Part shown: positions 1 through 13,895 of the stretch, piece after piece
Numbering within the stretch: position 1 is the stretch's first letter
Layout of the letters: each line of letters begins with the position of its first letter
Assembly (NCBI GenBank): GCA_022813965.1
Contig: JALDZS010000059.1
Coordinates: forward strand, 1-64,000
From: Toensbergia leucococca
Taxonomy: Eukaryota
Direction of reading: 5' to 3'
Length of the DNA stretch: 64,000 bases
Notes under the pieces: model-generated
Database searches by the model: none
What the model was told of the DNA's origin: nothing
The model's input: only the letters and a program-made list of their open reading frames with translations
Program-made: the position numbers and the translations under genes

Positions 1-139
1 CTGCACTAAATTATCACAATAATCTCAATTGTCTACTGTTGTTTCTCATTTTTAAGTATTCTATCTTATCTATATCAATAAACAAAATCATGTGCAATTA
101 AGACAGCACACAATGAGGAATACAGACAACACACAAATG

Positions 140-398
140 ACATGCAATAAAGAAGGTAGATAGATAACATGCAAATGACGCGCAATAGAGAAGTTAGACA
201 ACATGCAATAGAGAAGGTAAATGACACGCAATAGATAGATGACCCGCAATAGATAGATGGCACGCAATAGATAGATGGCACGCAATAGGTAGATGGCACG
301 CAATAGATAGATGGCACGCAATAGATAGATGGCCCGCAATAGAGAAGGTAGATAGATGGCACGCAATAGATAGATGATCCGCAATAGAGAAGGTAGAT
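140..398. repeat. 18-bp minisatellite (consensus CGCAATAGATAGATGGCA) with degenerate flanking copies
   Basis: Near-perfect tandem copies at about 227-390 and longer GCAATAGAGAAGGTAGA variants on both sides. It explains the periodic spurious ORFs (LLRAIY)n and (CVPSIY)n. Confidence 0.9.
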
Positions 399-1438
399 GA
401 AATTGAGTAAAGAGATGAAGCGCAGAAACTTGAATGAGTAAATGAATTAAGTGAATGAATTGAACAGTCTACCTACATCAGATTGTTTAATCATTGAACT
501 TGACGGTATTAAAGGTACTCTGCATGAATGATCTGAGCGCACTTACCTCAGCAATGTTCAAACCTTGTCAACGGTATATTTGCGATAAATCAATGGTTTT
601 ATTCTATCAACGGGCTTATCCATTCTTCATACTGACGCTATCTTCGTTCACAAGTTAAACGCTCCATATTCAGGTATTGTGTGACTACGTTGATAGATAC
701 AGCGTAAGGATCACACTACGCACATAGCAATCTAACAAGACATTATTCATTTATCAGACACTACCGTAAGACTACTGCTAAAACTTCCTATAGGAGGCCT
801 CTAAGGTGGTTACACGGCTGAGTCTTGTTCCCCTACGAGTACTCGTACGAGAATACAAGTATCCTGTACCCAGGAGAGTCTCAATGGCAACAGAAGCCCA
901 AGGCCTCGTTCAGGCTACTGGCATCAAAGTCAAGAATCCAAAAGGGAGGGCAACCATCATGGCTTTTATTGGTAGGAGGCAATTTGCGTTCCAGGTGGTA
1001 CATTTTCTTATTTTGTTACTATGGCAAAATCTTTCTCTGCACATTTTTCCCTCTGCTCCCCTGTTCTCATAATGAGAGTCCCAGATCATGCTCCAAAAGT
1101 GACCCTATTTTGGATCGTAACACCGACTGAAGTTTACGGTACAACTCCAATTCCTCGCGCACCAACCTCAGAGCCTGCCACAATAAGGAAAAAAACACAG
1201 AATGCTGCTGATATAGCTACTGCATAGTAATACATGCCCGCAAAGAAATGCTTGGGTATCTAATGCCACGAAGGATGGAAAGACAAGCGTTTTATCATAA
1301 GTGCCAAATGTCAACAAGAGTCCAACTTCCATGCAGACCCCCTGGAATGGCAGAACGAAACCATTGAAGGCCGTATCAATGTCTATCTTCATCGAATCTT
1401 TTATCAGTGCATTTTTTGGTGACCAGTCGGCGTCGACG

Positions 1439-1954
1439 TCAAACTCCGTTGCCTCTCCTCAACACTTTTTCGGCGATTTTCCTTCGGATTATCTCGGCCA
1501 TGCCTAATCGCAGAGCCTGCCCGCTATATACAGAGTCTGCAGCTGATGATCCACTGCAGCGAGGCTGCTGTTGTATACGCCCTCTCCTGTTGCCAACGCC
1601 GCCAATACCGACTGTCCAATTCATCGGGAAGGCTGAATCCCGGGCTCTGGCTCGTGACAGTTGCTCTTCTGCGGTCAAAGCTGATGCCTCGGAGATGGTG
1701 CGAAGGTTGCCGACGCCGCCGGTTCCACTGCTGAAGAAGGCTTGTAGGGAGCGCGGAAGGCGTGTGCGATGACCGAAAGCAGGATTTGCGGCGTCGATTC
1801 GATGGACTTTGTGGTAGTTCCCGATGCCGCCGATGCCATGATGGAAGTAAATACGTTGAGGGCGACCGTCGACCAAAGAGGAGGCGGACGTGGGTGTTCC
1901 TCCGGGAGACTCCATGATTAGAGGGGGAAGGTCTAAAAACAATGATGATGACAT
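1439..1954 (-). CDS. DUF3602/Par32-motif-like small protein
   Basis: Single ORF with three GxGGxGN motifs (HGIGGIGNY, SGTGGVGNL, VGIGGVGNR) resembling the GRGGAGN repeat of DUF3602 proteins. Alternative start at 1915. Confidence 0.65.
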   Translation of the reverse strand: MSSSLFLDLPPLIMESPGGTPTSASSLVDGRPQRIYFHHGIGGIGNYHKVHRIDAANPAFGHRTRLPRSLQAFFSSGTGGVGNLRTISEASALTAEEQLSRARARDSAFPMNWTVGIGGVGNRRGRIQQQPRCSGSSAADSVYSGQALRLGMAEIIRRKIAEKVLRRGNGV

Positions 1955-3272
1955 TGGAAGAAAAAGGCCGATACTGGCTCTCCTTTTTGTATAAGAGGTG
2001 CTGAAAGTGGAGTAGAATGGCTTAGCGGAGCCAAAAAGAAGCGGCGAGTATGAGGATTGGAGTGCGTATATTGAGAAGTAAAAGTCGAATACATCGAGGA
2101 AAGGCTAAAACAGCACTGATCTGAAACGAGATGCACGTGGGAAGAATTAGGATGTCAAGGGATAGAAAGATACAGAGAGCCGTGCAACCCGGAACTTAAG
2201 CGCAACTTGATGCGAGATATGTCCTGAGCTATCAGGGCTTGATACAGTAAATATCTCCGCCTACATGTTAGTGTCTATATAGCACTCCTAACCCTCGGGC
2301 AAGCACCCATGCTTGCACGGAAAGATGCATGGTTGTGCTGTGTAGCTTTGGAATGCTATCTTGTAGCTGGGAGCCCTTCAGCTGAGCCCTTCGTCCTAAG
2401 TGGCTGTATATTCGTTGGCGGAACTCTGTCAATTGAATGTCCAGGTCGGGCATCTCCGTTTACTTCAGTGGAGCGGGAAAACAGCAAAAGCATAGACTCA
2501 AAGAGCATCATGGCTGGGAAGTAAGGAATAGTGTAACGGTCGTGAGGTTGATGCGACAGGCGCTTTGCTTTAATCGCGAACCCCGCAATAGTCTAGTCAA
2601 CAGAGAAAGGTACGTGTACTCTACTCTAGTAAAAAGTAAAGCACCAAAGCACTGCACTGCATTGCGGATCTCCGCCTTCAGCTTGTCATTGCGGGGGCGC
2701 CACCCCGACGCCGATCACCCCAGACTGCTAGCCCTGGCCTAAAAGGTCATGGATCTGAAGTACCTAGGTACCTACCGTGCTACCTATCCTCCTTCCCTCC
2801 TACCCTCCTACCTTACACACGAGAAGGGTAATTCGCGCATCCTGAAAACCACTGGTGTCAAGCCGCGTGCTAGGACAATTTCTTGAATCAACTTATCCGT
2901 AAATACGGGGTACGTTATGCGGGTCTTACAGCCAGCCGACTTGACATTTTCATTTTAAACCCGAGAATGAGGACCTTTGATTCATAGGGCATCTACCAAG
3001 CATACCTTCACACTAGGTTCCAATTAGAACAATACCTTGGTCGTCGTCCTTTGCAATGATCCCTGCTGAGCATCAACTCAAAGACCAGACGGATAACGGG
3101 TAGAGTGAACAATGCAAACCACTATCAGTGCTCGATCATGAGAGAGGGGAAAGTATTGCTTCGCATCGACTGGAATGAGTCTTCGTAATGAGTAGAAAAA
3201 AGATCCACACGAGGTATCCAGCGCCCGCCCAATGCACCGTGCCATGCCCAGATCATGCACCATCATTATCAC

Positions 3273-5374
3273 TCACATACCAGCATACAGTTCTTTCCTG
3301 TTCTCAACTTCCTGCCACACTGCTTGTCGTCTCTCTTTCTCCTTCGCTCCCCGGACGAATGCCAGCAGTCTCAAGGCACCCGAAGGTGTGACTCCTTCAC
3401 ACCTTCGTGCCATCCCCACACTCTCCGGCCGCGTCACTTCTAGCACCCTTCTTTCTTCACTATTGAGTCCGTGTATTTTGGAGTAGTCTAGATCGGTAGG
3501 CAACTTCAATTGCTCATCTCGTTCGAAGACGCTGATTGCTGTCCTTTGCTGTTCAACATAAGGGGCATAGACACCTTCGATGCTGACCCGATTTCTCGCC
3601 GTGGGCGAAAATGATCCAACAGACGGCACGTGGGGTATCAGTGATTCCATCGTGACCCCAGTCAGGCGCAAGAGTTCATAGGCAGAGCGCGGAGTTGAGT
3701 CCTGGTGTACTTGAAAGCCTCTTTCACTCCATGCGGGTGAGCTCATCTTAGTTTGCTCCAGTAACGCTTGCAATTGTACCATCTCCGTGGATATAGCTTG
3801 GAATGAATCCCAGCGCTTGTCGCTAATGATACCCACATCTCTTCCTTTGGCAGTAAAGCGTAGGTCTGCATTGTCTGCACGAGCGCTCATACGATATTCG
3901 CTTCGCGAAGTGAACATGCGGTAGGGCTCGCTGACGCCTTTTGTGATGAGATCATCGATCATAATGCCAATGTAGCCATCACCTCGGCCAATAATCAATT
4001 CGCCTCGATTCTGAGCCGCAAGCCCAGCGTTGATTCCTGCTACAATGCCCTGTGCAGCAGCTTCTTCATAACCGGTAGTCCCATTGATCTGGCCAGCCAG
4101 GTATAGACCCGATATGATTTTCGTCTCTAGTGTCGACCGGAGATTTCGAGGATCCACATAATCGTACTCAACGCCATAGCCAGGTTGAAGCATTTTTACC
4201 GTTTCAAATCCGTTGATAGTACGGAGCATCTCCTCTTGCGCGGCTGCAGGTACCGTCATGGAAATTCCATTAGGGTATATGACGTTAGTGTCGAAACCTT
4301 CAGGTTCGAGCCAGATTATGTGATGGTCTTTATCTTGAAACCGGATAATTTTCGATTCGAGGGAGGGGCAATAGCGAGGACCCTTGACAGACTCCCGGAT
4401 ATGGATGCTCTTATCAAGGTTGGCCCTGATGATGTTATGCGCGTTGGGGTTGGTATGGGTGCTGTAGCAGTCAAGCTGATTCTGAACTGCAACCGAGTCG
4501 TTGAGATACGAGAAAGGTGTCGGAGGTTCATCGCCATGTTGAGCTTCCAGTTTCGAAAAGTCAATGGAATTGCGATCTAATCGTGGTGGGGTACCTGTCT
4601 TTAATCTCCCTAGCTGGAATCCTGCTTCTCTCAATGACTTGCTCAGTCCAAAGGTCGCCGCTTCTCCCATTCTTCCGCTGGGAAACACGTCCAAGCCGAT
4701 ATGTATCTCGCCGCCCAGGAATGTCCCAGTCGTGATCACAACCTTCTCGCACCCTACCAATTCCCCTGACTCAAGCCTTACTCCCGAAATCTTTTCCTTT
4801 TCTCCTTCACCACCTCTTGCCGTTACAACATCTGCTACTTTCCCTTCGATGACCCCTAAGCCCCTAGTCCCCAGTATTTCTGCTCTCATCTCTCGTTTGT
4901 AGACCTCTCTGTCAATCTGCGCCCGTGGACCCCACACCGCTGGTCCTTTTTTTCGATTGAGAACCCGGAACTGTACACCAGCCTTGTCCACTGTCCGTCC
5001 ACAGACTCCATCAAGCGCGTCGATCTCGCGAATCATCGTGCCCTTACCAATACCACCAAAAGAAGGATTGCATGAACAAACTCCAATGTTCGATAGGGAA
5101 GGTGTTACTAGGGCTGTGCGTGCCCCTGAGCGAGCTGCAGCGGTGGCAGCTTCGGTACCGGCATGGCCACCACCAATGACCACAACATCGAATCTGCTGC
5201 ACGGGCTGATCATTGATTAACGTTTGTAGTCATGAGCCTAGGGTTTCGACTTTTAACGTACTTCAGGCCTTCCGTGACTGTAGCAAATTTTCGAGCACGT
5301 GCCTTGGCTGATAATCGCACACGAGGAGTATGGCCCCAGAATAGTGGCGCTGCTGATCGCAGTGGTGAGACCAT
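3273..5374 (-). CDS. MTO1: Mitochondrial tRNA U34 modification enzyme (GidA/MnmG family), 2 exons
   Basis: [15 protein letters not shown]-binding motif, [48 protein letters not shown]. Arg-rich presequence exon 5374-5262 with a GTACGT donor. Confidence 0.96.
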
Positions 5375-5757
5375 CCTTGAATGTGCCTGCGTTGTGGAGG
5401 TCAACAACGAGAAGCTTCACGTAATATTCATCTCTCAAAACGGTAATTTTCGACGGGGCTTGTAAAATGGTTGCCTGAACGAGGAGTTGAATATCTGTTT
5501 ACGGACAACACTTACACTCCTTAATTGGAGTCTTCGTAACCTTTTCAACTGCCGAGAAATTACTCCGTACGAAAGAAGTTTGGGTTTCTTGAGTTTGTAG
5601 CATATCAAAATCATTGTCGTCCTGGAATATCTAACATCGAGGGAATAGCTCCAACCTCGGCTCCGAAAGCTCATTCTAGTACCCATACAAACAGAGATAT
5701 CAACTTTCTCGTCATCACGGAGTACGAAGTAACCCTACGTTACGTTGCTACATCAAC

Positions 5758-6295
<538 letters not shown>

Positions 6296-6571
6296 TCTGT
6301 TAGACCACGGTGGCATTGTGAGAGCAGTATCACAGATTACACTGCGGGAAATCACTCGCAAAAGCTCTGGCTGCGTTGCATTCTAGGAGTTTGGGCTCAT
6401 GGTAATGAGATAGTTAGTGACAGCTTTTAGATACTACGATTCTCATGACAGCGAATTTTGCAGTGAACTCATACGTATTGAAGCTCTGCACCAGTTGCAA
6501 GTGCCGATGATCTACTGCTTGAAGAGACGACTTGTCCTCCGCAATTCGCATGCATCGGGCCTCCAATTTCG

Positions 6572-6996
6572 CTAATTTATCTTCTTCCCGTCCACTTCAA
6601 TACCTGATCCCGATATCCCACTCCCAGCCGGTAACCATTTCTCGGGCGACTCATTGTACAGTGGCCATGGTGGGACGACCATGAAAGCCGTGGCTGCTGT
6701 GCCCCCAAGGCCTACCCACAACGTGATATAAACATTCTCCTGGTAAAAGCCAAGGACGAGAGCCAGAAGCTACGATATCGTTGGTTAGTCCTACGGCCGC
6801 GTGGACAAGTCGCTGTACGTACACCGGTACCGATTAAGAGAATGGTGGTAAGGGATTCGGCTTGCTTTTGACCTTCGAAATCCTGAGGTTCATGAGCCTT
6901 TCTATCAAGGGACTAACAGTGCGGAGGATAGTCGAGCGAACTTACTATTTGCCCTTCGAACACATCTTGAGCCTGCTTCAGCAGCTGATCGGCCAT
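6572..6996 (-). CDS. SPC1: Signal peptidase complex 12 kDa subunit (SPC12), 3 exons; absent from the ORF track
   Basis: Manual translation: MADQLLKQAQDVFEGQI/DFEGQKQAESLTTILLIGTG/...LALVLGFYQENV...VVPPWPLYNESPEKWLP...VDGKKIN*. The IDFxGQ and VPPWPxY motifs are typical of SPC12. Confidence 0.9.
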
Positions 6997-7184
6997 TTCA
7001 ATTGATAGGTGTGAAATGGCGAACTGGGCGATTCTCAAAGTCCTGACATTGGAGTAATTCTAGAATAGTTCTAGTGCTACAATTAGAATAGCGTCAGGGC
7101 CCGAAACAAACCCATCAAACTTCTAGTTCCTCGGCGAGTTTACGGGGAAAATTGAACCTGCTGCCATTGAAATCTTCTATTCAA

Positions 7185-8291
7185 ATGACATCCATCTGTA
7201 AAGTCCTCAGGCAGGGCCCTTACTATTTATCATGTATTTCACGCCGTATATCCCCTGCTCGTCACTCATCTACCCTGTCAAATATTCAATCTGAGCTTAT
7301 ATCCCGAGATCTACCCATTCTTCGCGATCAACCTATGCCACTGCCCTCATCCCTACTTTCGAGTACTCTAGCAGACTTTCTTCCCCCGTCACCTGTCTAT
7401 GATCCTGAACCGGCGTCTGTCGACTACGATCCTGGATCAATCGTCACTCACGCCCCACCATCTCACCATCTTGTTTACTTTCCTTCTCCTGCACCCTTGT
7501 CTTCCCTGCTTCCAGATGGTACTGATCCCCTCCAATCACCTGGGCCTCCTTACGCGCGGCGTATGTGGGCAGGCGGCAAAGTTAGCTTTCCACGGCCGTT
7601 TGAGCTTTCAGGCAATCCCACTTTGTGCTATGAACGCATCTGCAATGTCTCAGCAAAGGGCCGCGAAGGGGAAGAAAAGATCTTTGTCCAAATTGAGAGG
7701 CAAATACTAGTGGATAGCGCTTCACCTTGTTGGAAACGCAACGATGGTGAAGGTCTAAAAAAGTCTCGGGATATCAGAAATGATTTATCGCTTTGTGCAG
7801 TGATTGAGCATCGCAATCTTGTCTTCATGCGCCAAAGAAGCTCCAAGCAAGCTGGTGATGCTAGTAAAATTCCTGGCAAAGTCTTGAAACCCTCATACGA
7901 GCCCACGTTTTCGCACAAACTGACGCCAAACGCTGCCTTGCTCTTCCGATTTTCTGCGCTCACATTCAACGCACATGCCATTCATCTTGACAAACAGTAC
8001 TGCCAAGAGGTCGAAGGACATCGAAATTTGCTAGTCCATGGACCTTTGAGTCTGGTACTTATGGTTGAGCTGCTGAGAAGGCATTTGAAGGAAATCGCAC
8101 CGAAAAAAGGATCGGTAAACAGAGGCAGTGAGAAGCATATCACTGAGATTGAGTATAGAAATCTGGCGCCGCTGTATGCGGAAGAAGAGATGAAGGTTTG
8201 CGGCAGACGAAAAGGAGAAAATCAATGGGAGGTGTGGATCGAAGGGCGAGATGGGGGATACGCTGTCAAGGGTTTGGCATCAACAAAATAA
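7185..8291 (+). CDS. HTD2: Mitochondrial hydroxyacyl-thioester dehydratase (double hot-dog/MaoC-like)
   Basis: HHLVYF, LLPDGTD, RRMWAGG, LLFRFSALTFNAHAIHLD, NLLVHGPL and YRNLAPLY motifs. Confidence 0.85.
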   Translation: MTSICKVLRQGPYYLSCISRRISPARHSSTLSNIQSELISRDLPILRDQPMPLPSSLLSSTLADFLPPSPVYDPEPASVDYDPGSIVTHAPPSHHLVYFPSPAPLSSLLPDGTDPLQSPGPPYARRMWAGGKVSFPRPFELSGNPTLCYERICNVSAKGREGEEKIFVQIERQILVDSASPCWKRNDGEGLKKSRDIRNDLSLCAVIEHRNLVFMRQRSSKQAGDASKIPGKVLKPSYEPTFSHKLTPNAALLFRFSALTFNAHAIHLDKQYCQEVEGHRNLLVHGPLSLVLMVELLRRHLKEIAPKKGSVNRGSEKHITEIEYRNLAPLYAEEEMKVCGRRKGENQWEVWIEGRDGGYAVKGLASTK

Positions 8292-9303
8292 TGATGCACC
8301 TTGTTGTTGGTCACAGGTACTCGGAACGAAGCTCTTTCTTTTTGAACGGGGACCTACCAGACACGCATATATGAAGAAATGCCTCGGGTTGACCGCCACA
8401 GTTGGTTGAGTTGTCTACGGCCTAGAACAGCTGTGAAATTGAGGACAGTAGCTGGTATTTGCGTACAAGCTCTTAAATAATTGGACCTCGAAGATTGAAC
8501 CCTTGAGAATAGGAGCATAATTAAATTAACGAGCTTGTGTAAACGCTTTTGAAGAATGAATATCATATGACATTTTCGGAGCCTTTGGAAAATTGGTGGA
8601 ATAGATGAGAAAATGACAGGCTTTGAGGAATGTACAAGGGTTACAATGGTAGATAATGGTCCAACAGCAGCAAGAAGCCGAAGCTCGTGCACAGCTAGAG
8701 TAGGACAGTAGGCGGAACGCTCACTCCACATATTCTACGAGTAGCTGGATCTGTAGGGCCACCATGGCCTAGGTGATGAAAGACGTCAAGAGGACATGTG
8801 ATGGTAATAGTTGAGCTAGTCTTGTTGCGGAGGAGTTGTTTACTCTGAAACACGCCTGGTAGAATTAGAACATTCTAAGCGACGTGAACATGTATTCTAG
8901 AGTGGTGGAGTAACATATGTAGACGGCTAGGTAGATGAGCTGATGAGGTAGTTGTATCATTGTATGACAAGATACAAGAAACAAAGACTTAGATCTGTTT
9001 GAATAAGCTTTGGCCGAACGCATTCGTCGAATGACCGAGGACCCTCCCTGCCTCCCTCCCTCCGTACGGTAACATTTGCCGTATTCTAGAATAGCGCGCC
9101 TTTGTCGGTGTTGTTGTGTTATTTCTCCAACCTTGACCCTGCTACGCGCTTGCCCCTTTCATCTACCTAATCATCACCTCTGACGTTTGACCTGGCTTGG
9201 TGCGCCGTTGGAAATTGAAATCCATCAACACCACTTTTGCGCCCATCCATCCTAGTCTTAATGCGAGCTGCAATTGGGCCACTCCATTCTGTGCTCTTTC
9301 ATT

Positions 9304-10996
9304 ATGGCATCCTCGTAAGATGCCCTTCCTATGACTATGCACAAATCCACCATGGCTAACCAACCCTCATCACAGCTTTAACTCAGTATGGCGGACAATA
9401 TGGCATACTATGACTTCAAATGACCGTCACGCCTCCCATGATTCTCCATATCGAACTGGCCAGCATATGCCCCTCAACCAAAGCCGCCACGCTCCACTCA
9501 CTTCTATTGCGACTAGCGCCTTAGATTCACGACCTGACCTGAATTCTCCTTACATCGAAGATGGCTCCCGTCGTCCCATCGCTGGCTTACAAAATGGGAA
9601 TGCTGGCTGGTCTAACTCACCAGGCGGTTTCCAGTCTCCCAACTCGCCCTACTCGCCTGGAATGAGATCCAATCTGGCCTTACAAAGAACACAATCCAAC
9701 GACCACAATCCGATGGACACCATTTCACCGGGTGAGATCCAGATGCAAAGCTTTCAAGAAGGCTTACCGCCTCCTCCCCCAGTCTCACACTCATGGAAAA
9801 GAATTGAGCGTTGGGTCGAAGACAATTACCAGGAACTTTACGACCAACTATCCGAAGGTTGTACTCAGAATGACGTCAACGAGTTAGAGCACGAACTAGA
9901 TTGCTCGTTGCCAATGGAGGTTCGAGAGTCTCTTCAAGTCCACGATGGACAGGAGCGAGGTGGAAGACCAACCGGTATCATATTTGGATGCATGCTACTG
10001 GACTGTGAAGAAATAGTTCAAGAATGGAAAAATTGGAGAGTTGTCAGCGAAGAGTATCTTACAGCACCTGTCCACTACAAAATCACTAATCCTCTAAAAG
10101 TTTTTGGTGGCGCGTCATCGTCATCAGTGGCAATTCCATCAATGCAGCAAGGCACAAATCCTCTCTGGAGACAAGAACTTCTCGACAGGCAAGATTCACA
10201 ACCTTCAAGAGCAATTCAAAAAGCCTACGTCCACTCTGGTTGGATCCCTCTTGCCCGAGATTGGGGTGGGAATAATATTGCTGTTGATCTTGCTCCAGGG
10301 CCAGTCGGAAAATGGGGACAAGTCATTATATTCGGGCGTGACTACGATTGCAAATATGTTATTGCTCGTTCCTGGTCGGCATTTCTCGCAATGGTCGCAG
10401 ATGACATTGGAAGCGAGAAGGTCTTTGTCGATGAGGAGACGCAAGAACTAAAGCTCCGAGAATTTAAGGCTGCAGGTGTTGAACCAGCATACCTCGATAT
10501 TCTTCGTTGGAGAATGGATCAAAAGTACGGTCGAAAGGGCCCGAAGAGAAAGCCAGGGAATTTCACTGGTGGCACGGCAAACGTCCGCTCAAGATCTAAT
10601 CATGGCTCTCCCTATGGAAGTCCTACCGAGGATAGGGGTCGCTCGCCACAACGTTTCTCAACTCGAGGGCCAAGCTCCTCAAGTCCACGTGGGAACATAT
10701 CTAGTCCTTTGGCCAAAGTGTCCGAGGAGACCCCAGCACCAATCTCCATCCACACCGGAGGCGATGCGAACAGAGAGACGGTAGCCAGAGATTTTCCTGC
10801 AAGTGAGAGGGACACAACGCTGGTCGAGATCATTAGCCCTGTCTTTAATGATGAGAACATGTTGCGGAAAAATATTGGTGCTGTAACGGACGCATCTGTG
10901 TTGAGCGACAGCGGTGACCAGATAAATAAGAAGCCGCCAAAAGTAAAGGGATTAGGAGTAGAAGGAATGGAGGAAATGAAAAGCGTGGATATCTGA
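9304..10996 (+). CDS. SMI1: Cell wall assembly regulator Smi1/Knr4
   Basis: SMI1/KNR4 domain (HDGQERGG, GWIPLARDWGGNNIAVDLAPGPVGKWGQVIIFGRD). Predicted micro first exon ATGGCATCCTC/GTAAGA at 9304; the main ORF starts at 9410. Confidence 0.92.
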
Positions 10997-12576
10997 AACT
11001 CCCCCTATACACATCCTGATCGGCCTCTTGATTTCCGGTCATAGCATCCGAACACTGTCTCAACGACTACGCTATTCATTATCGGTCCGTCACATACGGC
11101 GTCAATCGCAGTCAAAGGCGCCAGAACATGACATTTGGCATTTTGCACTCATCCCAGTGCTTATTTTTTCGGCCAGTGTTACGGGGCCGTCCTGTATTTT
11201 TAGGCACACATCATTGTAAAACGGAACCCCACAGGTCATTGTGTAGCAAAGCGCGGATTTCCTATTTAGCCTCCAGGGGACTGGTTTTTGCATGTTCTTT
11301 CACGGATACGGTTGCATACCCGGATAAGTACAGTTGAAATGAAAATAACAAACACACATTGAATTGCTCAATTGTCTTGGTCTTTTGGCTTCGTTGCTGA
11401 TTTTCTCTTCTGTGTTGCTGATAGTTCGCTCGGTATTGCTCTGACTGCCAACAACTATTGCGTGAACCCTTCCTTGTGGACGGTAGCTCTGAGTCGCCTC
11501 CCAGTCAATGATCCTTACCGCCAAAGCTCAAGCCTTGGGGAATGGAGAGAAGAGCATGTACTCTACCGCTATACCTAAAAAGATTAATTTGCTCGCTCTC
11601 CAAGTGCCCACAAAAGATTGATAGCAGAAAGAGAAGATAGATTCTCTGCGACTTGCATTCCCAATGCATCTCAAACCTCATCAGTTACACACCCCCCACG
11701 CCGTCTGCGAAATTGCCCCTGCTCAGCTTCCACCTCGCCCAGCACCTCTTCCATTTCCTCCGAAGCTACTCACCTACTCCTCAATCTTCCTGATTTCTCA
11801 CAGCACCAACCCCCCTCGTCGATACCTTCGGTTTCCCCTTCCGTGTTCCCTCTCCAAAGCTTCCAAAGTACACGCACGCATCTTCCTCCTCGCTCACATA
11901 CATATGCATTTTAATCCTTCTTTCTCCCCCTCATCCTGCTCCCTATCCTTGACCTCATCAATCCGAAAGTTCTGGAAAACTTCCCCACCCTGACCTGATA
12001 ACTTAAGACACTGCACTATCAATACAACAAACCAAGAAAGCCTGTCGGTGCTATCCTCTCACCCGCTATACTCATCACAGAAATGTGGAGGGGGGGGACT
12101 GGACTATTCATTTTCTTGTTCGTTGTTTTCACTCTTTTGTGGGAGCTGTTGGGTTGTGGTAATTGGGATGCCTGACATGGACGTGATTTCGTGTCTTTAG
12201 GGCTTGCACGTCTTATATGTAATCCGAAGGGATCTTTTTCGGGGGAGCGAGCGGCAGGAGGTGCGCTTGATGATAGAGTGAATGCTGAAGGAAGGATTCT
12301 GTTGCTAGATGGGACGAGGAATGGGAGAAGGCTGGTGTGCTTTTGCGGAAGGACTTGAGGGATACTTGGATGGTGTGATGGTGTGATGGTGGAGGGACCT
12401 GAGCTAGAGCTAGAAGTGTGGAGTTTTCTTATACATCATCTCCATAGATTGTGCTTAGGTGCGCAAGGGCTTGAATTAGAGGTTGGGTACTTACCACGGA
12501 AATAAGCACGACTCGGATTATTTTTGCGAAGAGAGGCTGTTGTCAAGTGTAGAGACGTATGTACGATAGCTCCTTA

Positions 12577-13895
12577 CTAAGTAACCATCATCCCCGGCAT
12601 CGTACCTGGCATCTCGTATCCCCTGCCCTGACCTCTGTTCCGCCACCTCAATCCCTCTCCCGCCCCACTCAACGACTCCTTTTCCCTCCGTTCCCGATCC
12701 GCCCTCCGCTCCTCCTCGACCTCCCTCCGCGCTTCCTCCTTGACATCCCTCACTCCATCACTTTCACCTCCTTCCATGTCCTGCTCCTCCTCTTCAGGAG
12801 GACCCCTAGTATTCTTTTTCCTAGGCCAAAGGCTTGGCAATACGACTTGCTGGACCCGTGGCTCAACGCATCGTTCATCGATCCATGCATGAAGCCTGCT
12901 TTCGACAAGCTGAGCAATTTTGGGGATATCCTGGAGACGGGAGCGAGAGCCTACTAGGGAGCGGACGTTAAGATCTAGGCGGTAGTCGGGGAGGAAGGAG
13001 AAGGCGAGTATTGTTGGGGTTGTGGGGGGGAGTTGTTGAGGGGAAGACGATGAGCCAGTGCTGGAGGATGGGCCTGGCTGGGATGAAGATGGAAGGAAGG
13101 ATATGGAGAGGGTCCCAGAGAAGCGAACTATGGACACGGCCAATGCAATGGGTAGGACTGCAGTGAAGGGCTTGGGATAATTCAGAATAACCTTCGTCTC
13201 TATACCCAGGGTAATGAAGTCGCTGAGGTCCACATCCATGCGCGCTTGGAGGCGTCCCCCCTCCACTGTCCTGCTGTCGTCATCCACAGGATGCACACGG
13301 CAATTACTGAAGATGGGAAAGTCTTCGCCGAGGCTTATTTCTGTGACTCTGATACTCGACAAGAAATCCGGCTTTTGCGAACTATTGAGGACTTCGGTCA
13401 GGGAGGTCAGTATGGCATCATCGTGATGTGCGTCGTTCCTGAATTGCGCGATAGTCTGCGCGATCAGGACGTTGAACCAATCCAGAGATTCTGGCTGGTG
13501 GGAGTGGACATTGTAGTAGGTCTTGGCGAGAATGGTGGAAGTGGTCAGAGGCGGGGGGTTACGCAGGACGCTGGAAAAGGAGCGTTTAGTGTGTAATTTT
13601 TGCGAGGCAGACGAGGAGGAAATGATGGAGATGGATCGCTTGCGGTCCAGAGTGCCGTTGCGGCGAGCGAGGGCGCGGGTTGAGGCGATTGTTTCAGGGG
13701 AAGGGGGGTCTCCGAAGATGAAAAATTTGATGAAGGCGCCGATGAGGATCACAACGGACAGTTGGCCCAGGAGAAAACCCTCGGTGAACGAGAGTCTAGA
13801 AGCATGTCAGTGGTTACATGGGCTAGGAGAGTGTTCTCGCAAGACTCACGAGGAGTGCTGGGGAAATTGTGAGGATGCATCTGAATGACGACCAT
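12577..13895 (-). CDS. MMM1: ERMES complex subunit, SMP-domain protein, 2 exons
   Basis: [30 protein letters not shown] segment, [56 protein letters not shown]. Confidence 0.95.

Noticed and set aside
75..398. CRISPR-like array or repeat-protein ORFs
   Set aside because: Units are contiguous with no unique spacers, there are no cas genes and the context is eukaryotic. The ORFs are by-products of an 18-bp period.
884..1227. Possible small spliced gene (MATEAQGLVQATG.../VPDHAPKVTLFW)
   Set aside because: No recognisable domain, and a convincing splice model could not be established.
2165..2180. GATACAGAGA resembling the U6 snRNA box
   Set aside because: The flanks do not match U6.
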